Positions 32,452-41,423 of a stretch of 64,000 nt of DNA are shown here, in pieces. The notes beneath the pieces are model-generated. The model saw only the letters and a program-made list of their open reading frames with translations. It searched no databases and was not told the origin of the DNA. The position numbers and the translations under genes were made by a program. Position 1 is the stretch's first letter. Every line of letters starts with the position of its first letter. This DNA comes from Acidimicrobiia bacterium (GTDB lineage Bacteria; Actinomycetota; Acidimicrobiia; Spongiisociales; UBA5794): positions 10,920 to 74,919 of the forward strand of contig BTQL01000001.1 of assembly GCA_036985855.1 (NCBI GenBank), read 5' to 3'.

Positions 32452-33435
32452 TCAGAATCCTCTCATACCAGTCGCTTCGCGAACCTCGCTCATGTATCCC
32501 TCGGCCATCTCGTTGGCTCTGATCCCGCTCGAATGTAATACGGCGCGGACATCGCCGTCCTTCAAAGCCTCGAAGCGCTTCTTGATGGGGCCGACCTCGG
32601 CGATCACGGCGTCGGCAACGGCATCCTTGAAGGCGCCATACCCGCCGGATCTGTACTGGTCGACGATGGAATCGATCGAATCACCCGTGCAGGCGGACAT
32701 GATCTCGAGCAGGTTCGAGATCCCAGGTTTGGCATCAGTGTCGTACCGCACTTCCGGATCGCTATCCGTCACAGCGGAACGAATGCGCTTTCGGATCACA
32801 TCGGGATCATCGAGCAGTGATACGCGACTCTTGATCTGAGGATCGGACTTCGACATCTTCTTGCTGGGATCGGCAAAGGACATCACTCGTGCCGATGTCT
32901 CGGGGATGTATCCCTCCGGAATCGGAAAGACATCACCGAACTTGTTGTTGAAGCGCTCGGCGAGATCACGAGTTACCTCGATGTGCTGGCGCTGATCGTC
33001 ACCAACCGGTACAAGATTCGCATGATGAAGAAGGATGTCTGCCGCCATCAGAACCGGATACGAATAGAGACCGAGATTGGAGGCTGCACCGGCGGCTGTC
33101 TTTTCCTTGAACTGGGTCATGCGGTTCAGCACGCCCATCGGCATGATCGTTGCAAGGATCCACGCAAGTTCTGAATGGCCTGGGACCTGGCTCTGGGTAT
33201 AGAGCAGTGATCGATCTGGATCGACACCAAGGGCCAGAAGCACCTTGGCAGTTTCGATCCGTGAGTTCTCCAGCTCGTCACGGTCATAGTCGACAGTCAT
33301 CGCGTGCAGGTCGACGATGCAGTAGATGGTGTCAAATGCATCCTGGAGCTGCACCCAATTCCGGAAAGCGCCGAGGTAACCGCCGAGATGCATGTTGCCT
33401 GTTGGCTGGACGCCTGAGAAGATCCGCTGTTGCAT
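32452..33435 (-). CDS. trpS: tryptophan--tRNA ligase
   Basis: FSGVQPTGNMHLGGYLG (HIGH-type) and KMSKS motif (PSKKMSKSD). Confidence 0.95.
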   Translation of the reverse strand: MQQRIFSGVQPTGNMHLGGYLGAFRNWVQLQDAFDTIYCIVDLHAMTVDYDRDELENSRIETAKVLLALGVDPDRSLLYTQSQVPGHSELAWILATIMPMGVLNRMTQFKEKTAAGAASNLGLYSYPVLMAADILLHHANLVPVGDDQRQHIEVTRDLAERFNNKFGDVFPIPEGYIPETSARVMSFADPSKKMSKSDPQIKSRVSLLDDPDVIRKRIRSAVTDSDPEVRYDTDAKPGISNLLEIMSACTGDSIDSIVDQYRSGGYGAFKDAVADAVIAEVGPIKKRFEALKDGDVRAVLHSSGIRANEMAEGYMSEVREATGMRGF

Positions 33436-33468
33436 GCGGCGAGCATACCGGGGTCCTTCCTGCAGAAT

Positions 33469-33520
33469 CTGTTCTCTGGGCTCACAACCGGACCCACTCC
33501 GGTCCTGAACCCTGGGTTTG
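33469..33520 (-). repeat. inverted-orientation copy of the dispersed intergenic repeat
   Basis: The reverse complement caaacccagggttcaggaccggagtgggtccggttgtgagcccagagaacag aligns with the 61-bp unit at 18878. The accgga/tccggt stem is retained with a different loop. Confidence 0.75.
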
Positions 33521-33607
33521 GCTGGGGAGTGGTCTTGACGTTTCGGAGTGGGGGGGGCATACTCGCCATGAAATGCAAACCACAGCTACCACGATCATTA
33601 TCACCTA

Positions 33608-33661
33608 GCGCACACGTCACACACGTGTGCGCTGCCGAACCCTCCGCAAGTCGGAGGGTTC
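33608..33661 (+). promoter_or_regulatory. two consecutive perfect 10-bp stem-loops in the cimA 5' leader
   Basis: gcgcacacgt-cacac-acgtgtgcgc (33608-33632) and gaaccctccg-caagt-cggagggttc (33637-33661), ending 17 nt before the ATG. Confidence 0.55.
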
Positions 33662-33678
33662 TCTCATTGGAGTGGACC

Positions 33679-35268
33679 ATGAAAAGGACCGTTGAAATCT
33701 ATGACACCACGCTGCGGGACGGCACCCAGCAGGAGGGGATCTCGCTGACCGTGAGGGACAAGCTCACAATCTGCGGCCTACTCGACGAGCTTGGAGTCAC
33801 CTACATCGAGGGTGGCTGGCCGGGAGCCAACCCGAAAGAGGACGAGTTCTTCAAACGAGTGAAGACGGAGCTCGTTCTCGACACAGCCAAGTTGGTCGCG
33901 TTCGGCGCAACCCGAAAGGCCGGAGTCAAGCCAGAAGACGATTCGCAGGTTCAGAAGCTTCTCGAAGCCGAGACGGGCACCGTGTGCCTCGTCGGCAAGA
34001 CGTGGGATTATCACGTGGAGCATGCTCTGCGAACGACACCTGAAGAGGCGATAGCGATGGTTGGCGACACCGTTGCCTATTTCAGAGGTCGGGGCAGGGA
34101 CGTATTTTTCGATGCTGAGCATTTCTTCGACGGCTACCGATCCGACCCGGAGTTTGCAGTGGCAGCGCTCCAGGCTGCCCACGACGCCGGTGCTTCAAGA
34201 CTCGTGATGTGCGACACCAACGGTGGATTCCTCAGCCACGAAGTCGAACGGATCATCGGTGAAGTCACGGAAAAGGTGCCGGACGGTACGTTCGGTTGCC
34301 ACTTCCACAATGACTCCGGCCTGGCAGTTGGCAACTCGCTCACAGCAGTCCAGGGCGGTGTCTACCAGGTGCAGGGTTGCATCAATGGTTATGGGGAACG
34401 GACGGGCAACGCAGACCTCTGTTCCGTAATCCCGAACCTGTCCCTCAAGATGGATATCGAAACGATCCCGCAGGATCGTATCGATCGACTCACGAACGTG
34501 TCCCACCACATTGCCGAGGTCGTGAACCTCACACTCGACCCTCATCTCCCGTACGTCGGAGTATCAGCGTTCACTCACAAAGCCGGCCTGCACACGTCGG
34601 CCCTGGCGAGACGCTCCGATGCCTATGAACATCTCAGCCCGTCCGAGATCGGCAATACGACCCGCGTGGTGGTCTCTGAGCTCGCCGGACGGTCGACTGT
34701 CCTAGCGAGAGCGGAGGCGTCCGGCTTCACGCTGACAGCAGACGAAGCACAGGCGGTCGTTGATGAGATCAAGAAGCGGGAGCACATGGGCTACCTGTAC
34801 GAAGCCGCAGGAGGATCATTCGAGCTGCTTGCCCGCGAGGTCACAGGGTGGAACCAGAGTTTCTTCGATCTCGAGTCGTACAGAGTCTTCGTAGAAAACC
34901 GTGGAGGCGAGGTCATCGCTGAAGCCACGGTCAAGGTCGTTGTTGATGGCGAACGAATCGTTTCAACAAGTGAGGGAGACGGTCCTGTGGCAGCCATGGA
35001 CGGTGCGCTGCGCGCAGCCCTCCGCGACTCGTACCCGGAGGTCGATCAGATCAAGCTCACTGATTACCGCGTTCGTGACCTTGACAGCTCAGACGGCACG
35101 AACGCCAGGGTACGCGTCCTGACGGAGCACTCGAGTGTTGGATCCACCTGGGGATCGGTCGGGGTGCACACCAACATCATCGATGCATCCTGGACAGCCG
35201 TTGCCGACGGCATCGTGGTCGGCCTGCTCAGGAATCAGGGTGGAACGCAGGCGACGAACGACGAGTGA
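33679..35268 (+). CDS. cimA: citramalate synthase (LeuA/CimA family, ~530 aa form)
   Basis: VEIYDTTLRDGTQQEGISLTV..IEGGWPGANPKEDEFF, HFHNDSGLAVGNS, LeuA-dimer-like C-terminus. ATG at 33679 has a ggag RBS. The longer ORF would overlap trpS and the leader hairpins. Confidence 0.8.
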   Translation: MKRTVEIYDTTLRDGTQQEGISLTVRDKLTICGLLDELGVTYIEGGWPGANPKEDEFFKRVKTELVLDTAKLVAFGATRKAGVKPEDDSQVQKLLEAETGTVCLVGKTWDYHVEHALRTTPEEAIAMVGDTVAYFRGRGRDVFFDAEHFFDGYRSDPEFAVAALQAAHDAGASRLVMCDTNGGFLSHEVERIIGEVTEKVPDGTFGCHFHNDSGLAVGNSLTAVQGGVYQVQGCINGYGERTGNADLCSVIPNLSLKMDIETIPQDRIDRLTNVSHHIAEVVNLTLDPHLPYVGVSAFTHKAGLHTSALARRSDAYEHLSPSEIGNTTRVVVSELAGRSTVLARAEASGFTLTADEAQAVVDEIKKREHMGYLYEAAGGSFELLAREVTGWNQSFFDLESYRVFVENRGGEVIAEATVKVVVDGERIVSTSEGDGPVAAMDGALRAALRDSYPEVDQIKLTDYRVRDLDSSDGTNARVRVLTEHSSVGSTWGSVGVHTNIIDASWTAVADGIVVGLLRNQGGTQATNDE

Positions 35269-35475
35269 TGAGTGCCCTGCCTACCGTTCGAGTCCGAAAC
35301 CTTCATCCTTCCAACCCTCGATGGCTTCGTGAGTGTCCCGGCAACCGGCTCGAAAGGCAGCAAGCTTGCGAAATGCTCCACCGCTTTTCGAGATGGAAGG
35401 CGTTGGCTCAGCACATCAGCGGTGTCTCTTCTTGTCTACTGTTAGCCCACGACCGTCTACGCACGGAGGAGCCGC

Positions 35476-37416
35476 ATGCCGCGCCCGATCACTTCTGAGG
35501 ATCTCTGGAACTTGAAGCGTGTTGGTCAGCCGGAGCACATTCCGAACATGAATGCGGTCGTGGTGCCCGTCACCACATTCGATGAGGACGAGCAAACGCA
35601 TTCCGTTCTGTACCTCGTCGACCGCGACGGTACGAAGAAGCAGTTGACCTCCACAGAGCGGTTCGCTTCAGCTCCCAAGCCGAGTCCCGAAGGAAACCGT
35701 GTCGCGTTTCTCGCAAAACACGGTGACGACGAACCCCAGGTATACGTCATTTCGCTCGAAGGCGGCGAGGCGCGAGAAGTGAGCGATCTCCCGCTGGGGG
35801 CGCGTCATGTGATATGGGTACCCGGTCGCGACTCCCTGATCGTCGTGGCACCACTGCTGCGAGGATTCCCGACCGTCGATGAGACAAGGGCAGAGATCGA
35901 TACCCGTGGTGACAAGCCGAGGGCCATTGTCACCGAGGATCGCGTTTACCGCCATTGGAAACGGTGGCTCGCCGGAGACAGCATCGATCATCTGTTCCGT
36001 ATCGACCTCGACGACGACACGACACATCACCTCACGGCGGGACTCGAACGCCTCATCGGCCTCGACGACCTGGACGAATCCCTGGCGATCACGCCAAACG
36101 GTGAAACCGTCGTCTTCACGCTTGACGACTTCGACGAACCCTGGGATCAGCTTCGATTCCGCCTCCACACTGTTCCCGTGGCAGGAGGCGACATCGTTCG
36201 ATTGCCAACCGAAGACACAGCACAGCAGATCCGACCGCGCCTATCGCCGGACGGGTCGACCCTCGTCTATGGCGTCCAATACGAACAGGGGTACTACGCC
36301 GACCTCGTTCGCATCGTGACACACCATGTAGCAACCGGAACAGAACAGGTCATCACCGCTGACTGGGATCGCTCGGCTGGAGGCTGGGAGTTCATCTCGG
36401 ACGACGAACTCGTTTTCCATGCTGAGGACGATGGCAGGGTTCGGATATTCACACTCTCCATCGACGGTGGCACGCCCATTCCCCAGACGTCGACAGGATC
36501 GAACCACGGAGTTCGCGTAGGAGTCGACTGCTTCTGGCACAGAATCGAATCGTCGAACATGCCGCCTGAGGTGGCGTTCACATGCGGTGGCCACACAACC
36601 GTCGTATCCGGATTCAACACGGAGCTGCTTTCGGAACTCGATCTGCGACCGGCGGAAGAAATCCGATTCGAAGGAGCGGAGGGTGACCAGATACAGGCAT
36701 TCGTCATCGTACCGCCGGAGTTCGACAACGCTGCGCGATGGCCCTTGCTGCACAACGTCCACGGCGGGCCACACAACGGCATCATGGACAACTGGCATTG
36801 GAGGTGGAACACGCAGGTCATGGCCGCGGCGGGTTACGTCGTGGCGTCTGTCAACTTCCACGGATCATCATCGTTCGGCGATAGGTTCGCTCGCAGCATT
36901 CGTGGATCGTGGGGAGACATGCCCGCCCGCGACGTCGAGGCAGCCACCGATCACCTCATCTCACTCGGGTACATCGACGAGGATCGCATGGCGATCGCCG
37001 GCGGCTCGTACGGCGGTTATCTCGTTTCGTGGCTCACAACGCGAACCGATCGGTACGCCGCATCGATCTGTCACGCCGGCGTGACGGACCTGCTCGGCCA
37101 GTGGGCGTCCGACCACACGGCAGGGCGGGAGCGTGCCATCGGAGGCGTCCCGTGGGAGGATATGGATGCAGTACAACGCTGGAGCCCGTCGGCTCACACC
37201 CATGACATCGTCACGCCCACACTCGTGATCCATGGAGAACTCGACTACCGCGTCGTCGTCACTCAAGGCCTCGCGCTCTATGGTCTGCTCAAGGCCAAGG
37301 GTGTTCCCACACGGTTGCTGTACTTCCCAAACGAAGGGCACTGGATTGAAACACGCGACAACGCACTGCTGTGGTGGAGCGAGTTCGTAGGGTGGCTCGA
37401 TCGGTGGAGCGAATAG
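35476..37416 (+). CDS. S9 family serine peptidase (prolyl oligopeptidase / acylaminoacyl-peptidase type)
   Basis: N-terminal beta-propeller-like region. Catalytic triad context GGSYGGYL, HGELDYRV, NEGHW. Confidence 0.85.
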   Translation: MPRPITSEDLWNLKRVGQPEHIPNMNAVVVPVTTFDEDEQTHSVLYLVDRDGTKKQLTSTERFASAPKPSPEGNRVAFLAKHGDDEPQVYVISLEGGEAREVSDLPLGARHVIWVPGRDSLIVVAPLLRGFPTVDETRAEIDTRGDKPRAIVTEDRVYRHWKRWLAGDSIDHLFRIDLDDDTTHHLTAGLERLIGLDDLDESLAITPNGETVVFTLDDFDEPWDQLRFRLHTVPVAGGDIVRLPTEDTAQQIRPRLSPDGSTLVYGVQYEQGYYADLVRIVTHHVATGTEQVITADWDRSAGGWEFISDDELVFHAEDDGRVRIFTLSIDGGTPIPQTSTGSNHGVRVGVDCFWHRIESSNMPPEVAFTCGGHTTVVSGFNTELLSELDLRPAEEIRFEGAEGDQIQAFVIVPPEFDNAARWPLLHNVHGGPHNGIMDNWHWRWNTQVMAAAGYVVASVNFHGSSSFGDRFARSIRGSWGDMPARDVEAATDHLISLGYIDEDRMAIAGGSYGGYLVSWLTTRTDRYAASICHAGVTDLLGQWASDHTAGRERAIGGVPWEDMDAVQRWSPSAHTHDIVTPTLVIHGELDYRVVVTQGLALYGLLKAKGVPTRLLYFPNEGHWIETRDNALLWWSEFVGWLDRWSE

Positions 37417-37459
37417 CTGCCAGTTGGTACAGCCTCGCCGATGGTGCGAAGCTCCATGT

Positions 37460-38797
37460 ATGGAGCCAACGCCCAAGAGGGAACCGACACAACGAGCTCC
37501 CCTCGATGTCGGGAAACGAGGACGGTTCGATCTGGGACCGGTTGGCGCCACAGCCGCGGTAGCGGGCGTAGTCGCCATCGCCATGACAATCGCCCTCGGA
37601 TTGATCATTCCCAACATCGTCGAAGAGCGCGTCCTCGAAGCGGGAGCGACATCGATCCACGAAGCGGTGGACGAGATAGGGAGTGCACTCTATTCCGGCG
37701 AGATGCTCACCGAGGATGACATCGCTCTTCTGCACGAGCAGGTCGAGCTGTCCCTGCTCGGACGGGAGATCGTCCGCGTGAAGATCTGGGACAACATGGG
37801 CACGATCGTGTACTCGGACGAGGAACGACTCATCGGCAGAAGCTACGAGATGTCCGATGATCTGCTCGCAGCCTTCAGCGGAGAGCTCATCTGGGAGGCG
37901 CCAGATCTCACCCTGCCCGAGAACGAGTACGAACGGGGACTCGGCGAACTTCGCGAATACTACGTGCCTGTGGACAGCGGCGGACAGGGTATCGAGATCG
38001 TGTTCGAGGTGTATGAACTCGCCGACACACTCGTCGCAACCGTGGCCAGCATACGCGCTGGCGTGTGGATCGCTCTCGGGATCGGATCCGCCGTACTCCT
38101 CGTGGCACTCGCGACAGCTGCCATTACGAATGCACGCGCCGAGCGGAACCGGATAGCGCGCTCCGAACGACTGATCGGCCAGCTCCTCGAGATACAAGAA
38201 GACGAGCGGACCAGGATCATAGGAGCACTTCATGATGACATCGGTCAGCCGCTGTACCGGATCATGTTCGGGCTCCAGGCAGGTCGGAGGATGGTCGAGC
38301 GGGGGTCCGAAGTCGACGAGGAGCTCACAAAGCTGGACCTGCTCGTCAGAGACGTCGACGCCACGTTGCGATCCGAGCTCACGAGCTTGCGAGATGAACC
38401 CGGCGTCGAGATCGATCTGGAATCTGCTCTCGCGGAGTTGGTCGAGGTCGCGGAAGACGAGACGAACCTGGACATCGAATTCATATCGGATGTGGAGACG
38501 GAACTTCCGCTCGCTCATCGTGCAACGCTGTACCGTGCCGCCAAGGAGGCACTGGCCAACGTCGACAAACATGCGTACGCCGACCATGTCACAGTACGGT
38601 TGCTGGAAGGAAGAGACTCGACGATGATCGAGGTGACGGACGACGGAGCCGGCTCCACGGGAGAGCCAGGACTCGGACTCACGACTACAAGGGACCGACT
38701 CGAAGCGATCGGTGGCGGCATCGTAGTGTCCGACGCCAAAGGTGGCGGCACACGTCTCGTTGCCTGGGTACCCATTGAACGCTCGGAGGGGCAATGA
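37460..38797 (+). CDS. sensor histidine kinase, HisKA_3 (NarX/DesK) type, with a ~150-aa extracytoplasmic domain
   Basis: Two TM segments flank a periplasmic-type domain. H-box EDERTRIIGALHDDIGQPL; HATPase (DDGAGS, GLGLTTTRDRLEAIGG). The start is ATG at 37460 or TTG at 37424. Confidence 0.8.
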   Translation: MEPTPKREPTQRAPLDVGKRGRFDLGPVGATAAVAGVVAIAMTIALGLIIPNIVEERVLEAGATSIHEAVDEIGSALYSGEMLTEDDIALLHEQVELSLLGREIVRVKIWDNMGTIVYSDEERLIGRSYEMSDDLLAAFSGELIWEAPDLTLPENEYERGLGELREYYVPVDSGGQGIEIVFEVYELADTLVATVASIRAGVWIALGIGSAVLLVALATAAITNARAERNRIARSERLIGQLLEIQEDERTRIIGALHDDIGQPLYRIMFGLQAGRRMVERGSEVDEELTKLDLLVRDVDATLRSELTSLRDEPGVEIDLESALAELVEVAEDETNLDIEFISDVETELPLAHRATLYRAAKEALANVDKHAYADHVTVRLLEGRDSTMIEVTDDGAGSTGEPGLGLTTTRDRLEAIGGGIVVSDAKGGGTRLVAWVPIERSEGQ

Positions 38798-39426
38798 TCC
38801 GGCTTGCGATCGCCGATGACCATCGGATCATTCGCGAGGGGCTCGATCTCCTCCTCGCGGAAGCGGATGACATTGAGATCGTTGCCCACGCATCTGACGG
38901 TCATGAGCTGATCGATATCCTCGAGACGACCGATATCGACGTGGTTCTCCTGGACGTGCGCATGCCGAACATGACAGGCCTCGACGTTCTCGGCACCATC
39001 GGGGAGCTAGGGATAGAGGTCGCCGTCGTGATGTTGAGCATGTACGGGGACCCGGTATACGTGAGCAGAGCTATCGAGCTCGGTGCATCCGGGTATCTGC
39101 TCAAGAGCGTCGGACAGGATGAACTCGTCCGTGCAATAGAGACGGTCGCTGGAGGGAAGCCCTACTTCCACGCAGAGGTGACCGGTCCTCTTGTCGCCCG
39201 ATTGGTCAACGGTGATGCACCCGGTCCGGTCGGAGAGATGTCCGTCGAGCAACTTCAGATTCTCCAGCTGCTCGCAGACGGTGCGGACAACACATCGATC
39301 GCAAACTCCCTGTCGGTGAGTGAAGCCACGGCGAAAGCGAAGCTGAGGGCAATCTACGGTTCTCTCGGCGTACAGCGGCGCTCGGAGGCGGTCGCCGTGG
39401 CAATGCGTCTCGGACTCATCACCTAG
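38794..39426 (+). CDS. NarL/FixJ-family response regulator (REC + LuxR HTH)
   Basis: IRLAIADDH.., LLDVRMPNMTG, LLKS; C-terminal HTH (NTSIANSLSVSEATAKAKLRAIY). ATGA overlap with the kinase. Confidence 0.9.
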   Translation: MIRLAIADDHRIIREGLDLLLAEADDIEIVAHASDGHELIDILETTDIDVVLLDVRMPNMTGLDVLGTIGELGIEVAVVMLSMYGDPVYVSRAIELGASGYLLKSVGQDELVRAIETVAGGKPYFHAEVTGPLVARLVNGDAPGPVGEMSVEQLQILQLLADGADNTSIANSLSVSEATAKAKLRAIYGSLGVQRRSEAVAVAMRLGLIT

Positions 39427-39631
39427 AACGAGGCCGTTCACAGCTCACAGTGTCCCACCATAGGGCCAAAGGTCACTTTCTCGACGACCGAAAGTATCCC
39501 TGAGGTCGATCCAAACGACACGTCGAAGGGTCCAAACGCCACTGATCCCGCTCCGCGCATTGTCATACGTTGTCCGCATGACATATAGACGCCACGAAGA
39601 AGGTGGCGAACTGACCGAGGAGGTCACTTCC

Positions 39632-41320
39632 ATGCGGACCAAGAGCAGATGGCTCGTGGTCGTGTTCGTGCTCGCCCTTGTCGCTGCTGCGTGTACCGGT
39701 TCCGAAGCCGAGGACGCCACAACGACGCAGGCACCAACAACGACAACAACGCTCGGATCGACTACAACCGAAGCACCACCGGCAACCGAGCCACCAACTA
39801 CAACTGAAGCACCTGCGCCCCCCGAAGAAGCGGCCATGGGACGTTCGTTGGTTGCTCCAGAGGCCGCGATCACGGTCGATGGTGACCCTTCGGACTGGGC
39901 CCTGGTTCCGGGTCTCGCTACGACACTCGAACCGATCGTCGAGGAAATGGGCGACGGGCTCGAGAACAAGGACGTCACCATCAAGATGGCGTATGACGAT
40001 GTGAACATCTACGCGCTGTTCACCGTCGACGACGACTACAACTGGAACGCCGACGACGCCCATCTCTCGGGTGCAGCCGCACTGCTGTTCCCCATCGACA
40101 CGGGTGGCCCACACATGGGCGCCGACGACGAGCTGGGCGAGGACTCAACCGGTTTGGTCGACATCTGGCACTGGGAACTCGAGTGTGCATCCGGCGTTGA
40201 CTCCGGTGGCGCTGTGAACCCTGCTGGTGACGGCAAGGACCCAGGCAACGACGCGACATGCAACTTCGACGACGAATGGGCATCGGACGCCGAAACCCGT
40301 GAAGACGACAACGGTGCAGGGGCAGAGAACAGCCTGCTCGGTGTATGGACACACTCCAACCCGACCGACGACGGGCCCGGTGTCTGGTACTTCGAGATGT
40401 CTCGCCCACTGCAAACCGGAGACGAAGGCGACGCACAGTTCACGGTAGGTGAAACGACACTGCTCGCCCTCGCCTACTGGGACGTCGACCTCGGACCCGA
40501 CGGTTGGCATGACGACTCCCACGTCCAGTCAGCCAACCAAGAATGGATCGAAGTCGACCTCGTGGCGACCACCGCCGAAGAAGCGGCCATGGGACGTTCG
40601 TTGGTTGCTCCAGAGGCCGCGATCACGGTCGATGGTGACCCTTCGGACTGGGCCCTGGTTCCGGGTCTCGCTACGACACTCGAACCGATCGTCGAGGAAA
40701 TGGGCGACGGGCTCGAGAACAAGGACGTCACCATCAAGATGGCGTATGACGATGTGAACATCTACGCGCTGTTCACCGTCGACGACGACTACAACTGGAA
40801 CGCCGACGACGCCCATCTCTCGGGTGCAGCCGCACTGCTGTTCCCCATCGACACGGGTGGCCCACACATGGGCGCCGACGACGAGCTGGGCGAGGACTCA
40901 ACCGGTTTGGTCGACATCTGGCACTGGGAACTCGAGTGTGCATCCGGCGTTGACTCCGGTGGCGCTGTGAACCCTGCTGGTGACGGCAAGGACCCAGGCA
41001 ACGACGCGACATGCAACTTCGACGACGAATGGGCATCGGACGCCGAAACCCGTGAAGACGACAACGGTGCAGGGGCAGAGAACAGCCTGCTCGGTGTATG
41101 GACACACTCCAACCCGACCGACGACGGGCCCGGTGTCTGGTACTTCGAGATGTCTCGCCCACTGCAAACCGGAGACGAAGGCGACGCACAGTTCACGGTA
41201 GGTGAAACGACACTGCTCGCCCTCGCCTACTGGGACGTCGACCTCGGACCCGACGGTTGGCATGACGACTCCCACGTCCAGTCAGCCAACCAAGAATGGA
41301 TCGAAGTCAAGGTCGGCTAG
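39632..41320 (+). CDS. lipoprotein with a Thr/Pro-rich linker and two identical EB_dh/DOMON-like (putative haem b-binding) domains
   Basis: ATG at 39632 after a gaggagg RBS. Lipobox LVAAAC, then a TTTQAPTTTTT..PPTTTEAP linker. Each ~245-aa repeat has ITVDGDPSDW, VTIKMAYDDVNIYALF, LLFPIDTGGPHMG, VDIWHWE, WYFEMSRPLQTGD and LALAYWD. The domain family was assigned from memory of Pfam EB_dh and not verified. Confidence 0.6.
   Translation: MRTKSRWLVVVFVLALVAAACTGSEAEDATTTQAPTTTTTLGSTTTEAPPATEPPTTTEAPAPPEEAAMGRSLVAPEAAITVDGDPSDWALVPGLATTLEPIVEEMGDGLENKDVTIKMAYDDVNIYALFTVDDDYNWNADDAHLSGAAALLFPIDTGGPHMGADDELGEDSTGLVDIWHWELECASGVDSGGAVNPAGDGKDPGNDATCNFDDEWASDAETREDDNGAGAENSLLGVWTHSNPTDDGPGVWYFEMSRPLQTGDEGDAQFTVGETTLLALAYWDVDLGPDGWHDDSHVQSANQEWIEVDLVATTAEEAAMGRSLVAPEAAITVDGDPSDWALVPGLATTLEPIVEEMGDGLENKDVTIKMAYDDVNIYALFTVDDDYNWNADDAHLSGAAALLFPIDTGGPHMGADDELGEDSTGLVDIWHWELECASGVDSGGAVNPAGDGKDPGNDATCNFDDEWASDAETREDDNGAGAENSLLGVWTHSNPTDDGPGVWYFEMSRPLQTGDEGDAQFTVGETTLLALAYWDVDLGPDGWHDDSHVQSANQEWIEVKVG
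39822..41308 (+). repeat. perfect tandem duplication: 734 bp (39822-40555) and 734 bp (40575-41308), joined by a 19-bp junction; period 753 bp
   Basis: The two blocks are identical on direct comparison. All shadow ORFs recur with identical sequence at +753 (e.g. 40020-40436 vs 40773-41189). Confidence 0.95.
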
Positions 41321-41423
41321 CGATAGTGCCACAACCCTCTCCTATCCGTGGAGACGCAGCGTTCATCTTCACGGATAGGAATGGGCTAGTGAACGGCCGG
41401 CCGCCGATGTACAGGAGTACCGA

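Noticed and set aside
33436-33560. Possible T-box or Trp-responsive leader for trpS
   Set aside because: There is no T-box core sequence or specifier-loop architecture, and the region is largely occupied by the dispersed repeat copy.
33430-33678. N-terminal 83-aa extension of the cimA ORF
   Set aside because: It would overlap the trpS start, the repeat element and two strong hairpins. ATG at 33679 has a proper RBS and matches the usual family N-terminus (..IYDTTLRDGTQ).
37289-38794. 501-aa minus-strand ORF covering the whole histidine kinase gene
   Set aside because: The plus-strand frame has unambiguous H-box and HATPase motifs and an ATGA-coupled regulator. The antisense product has no recognisable domain and a shadow-ORF composition.
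39561-39583. TGTCAT-N11-ATGACA inverted repeat about 50 nt upstream of the lipoprotein ATG, as a candidate NarL-type operator
   Set aside because: The arms are only 6 bp and there is no second occurrence in the window to support a motif. It is kept as a note only.
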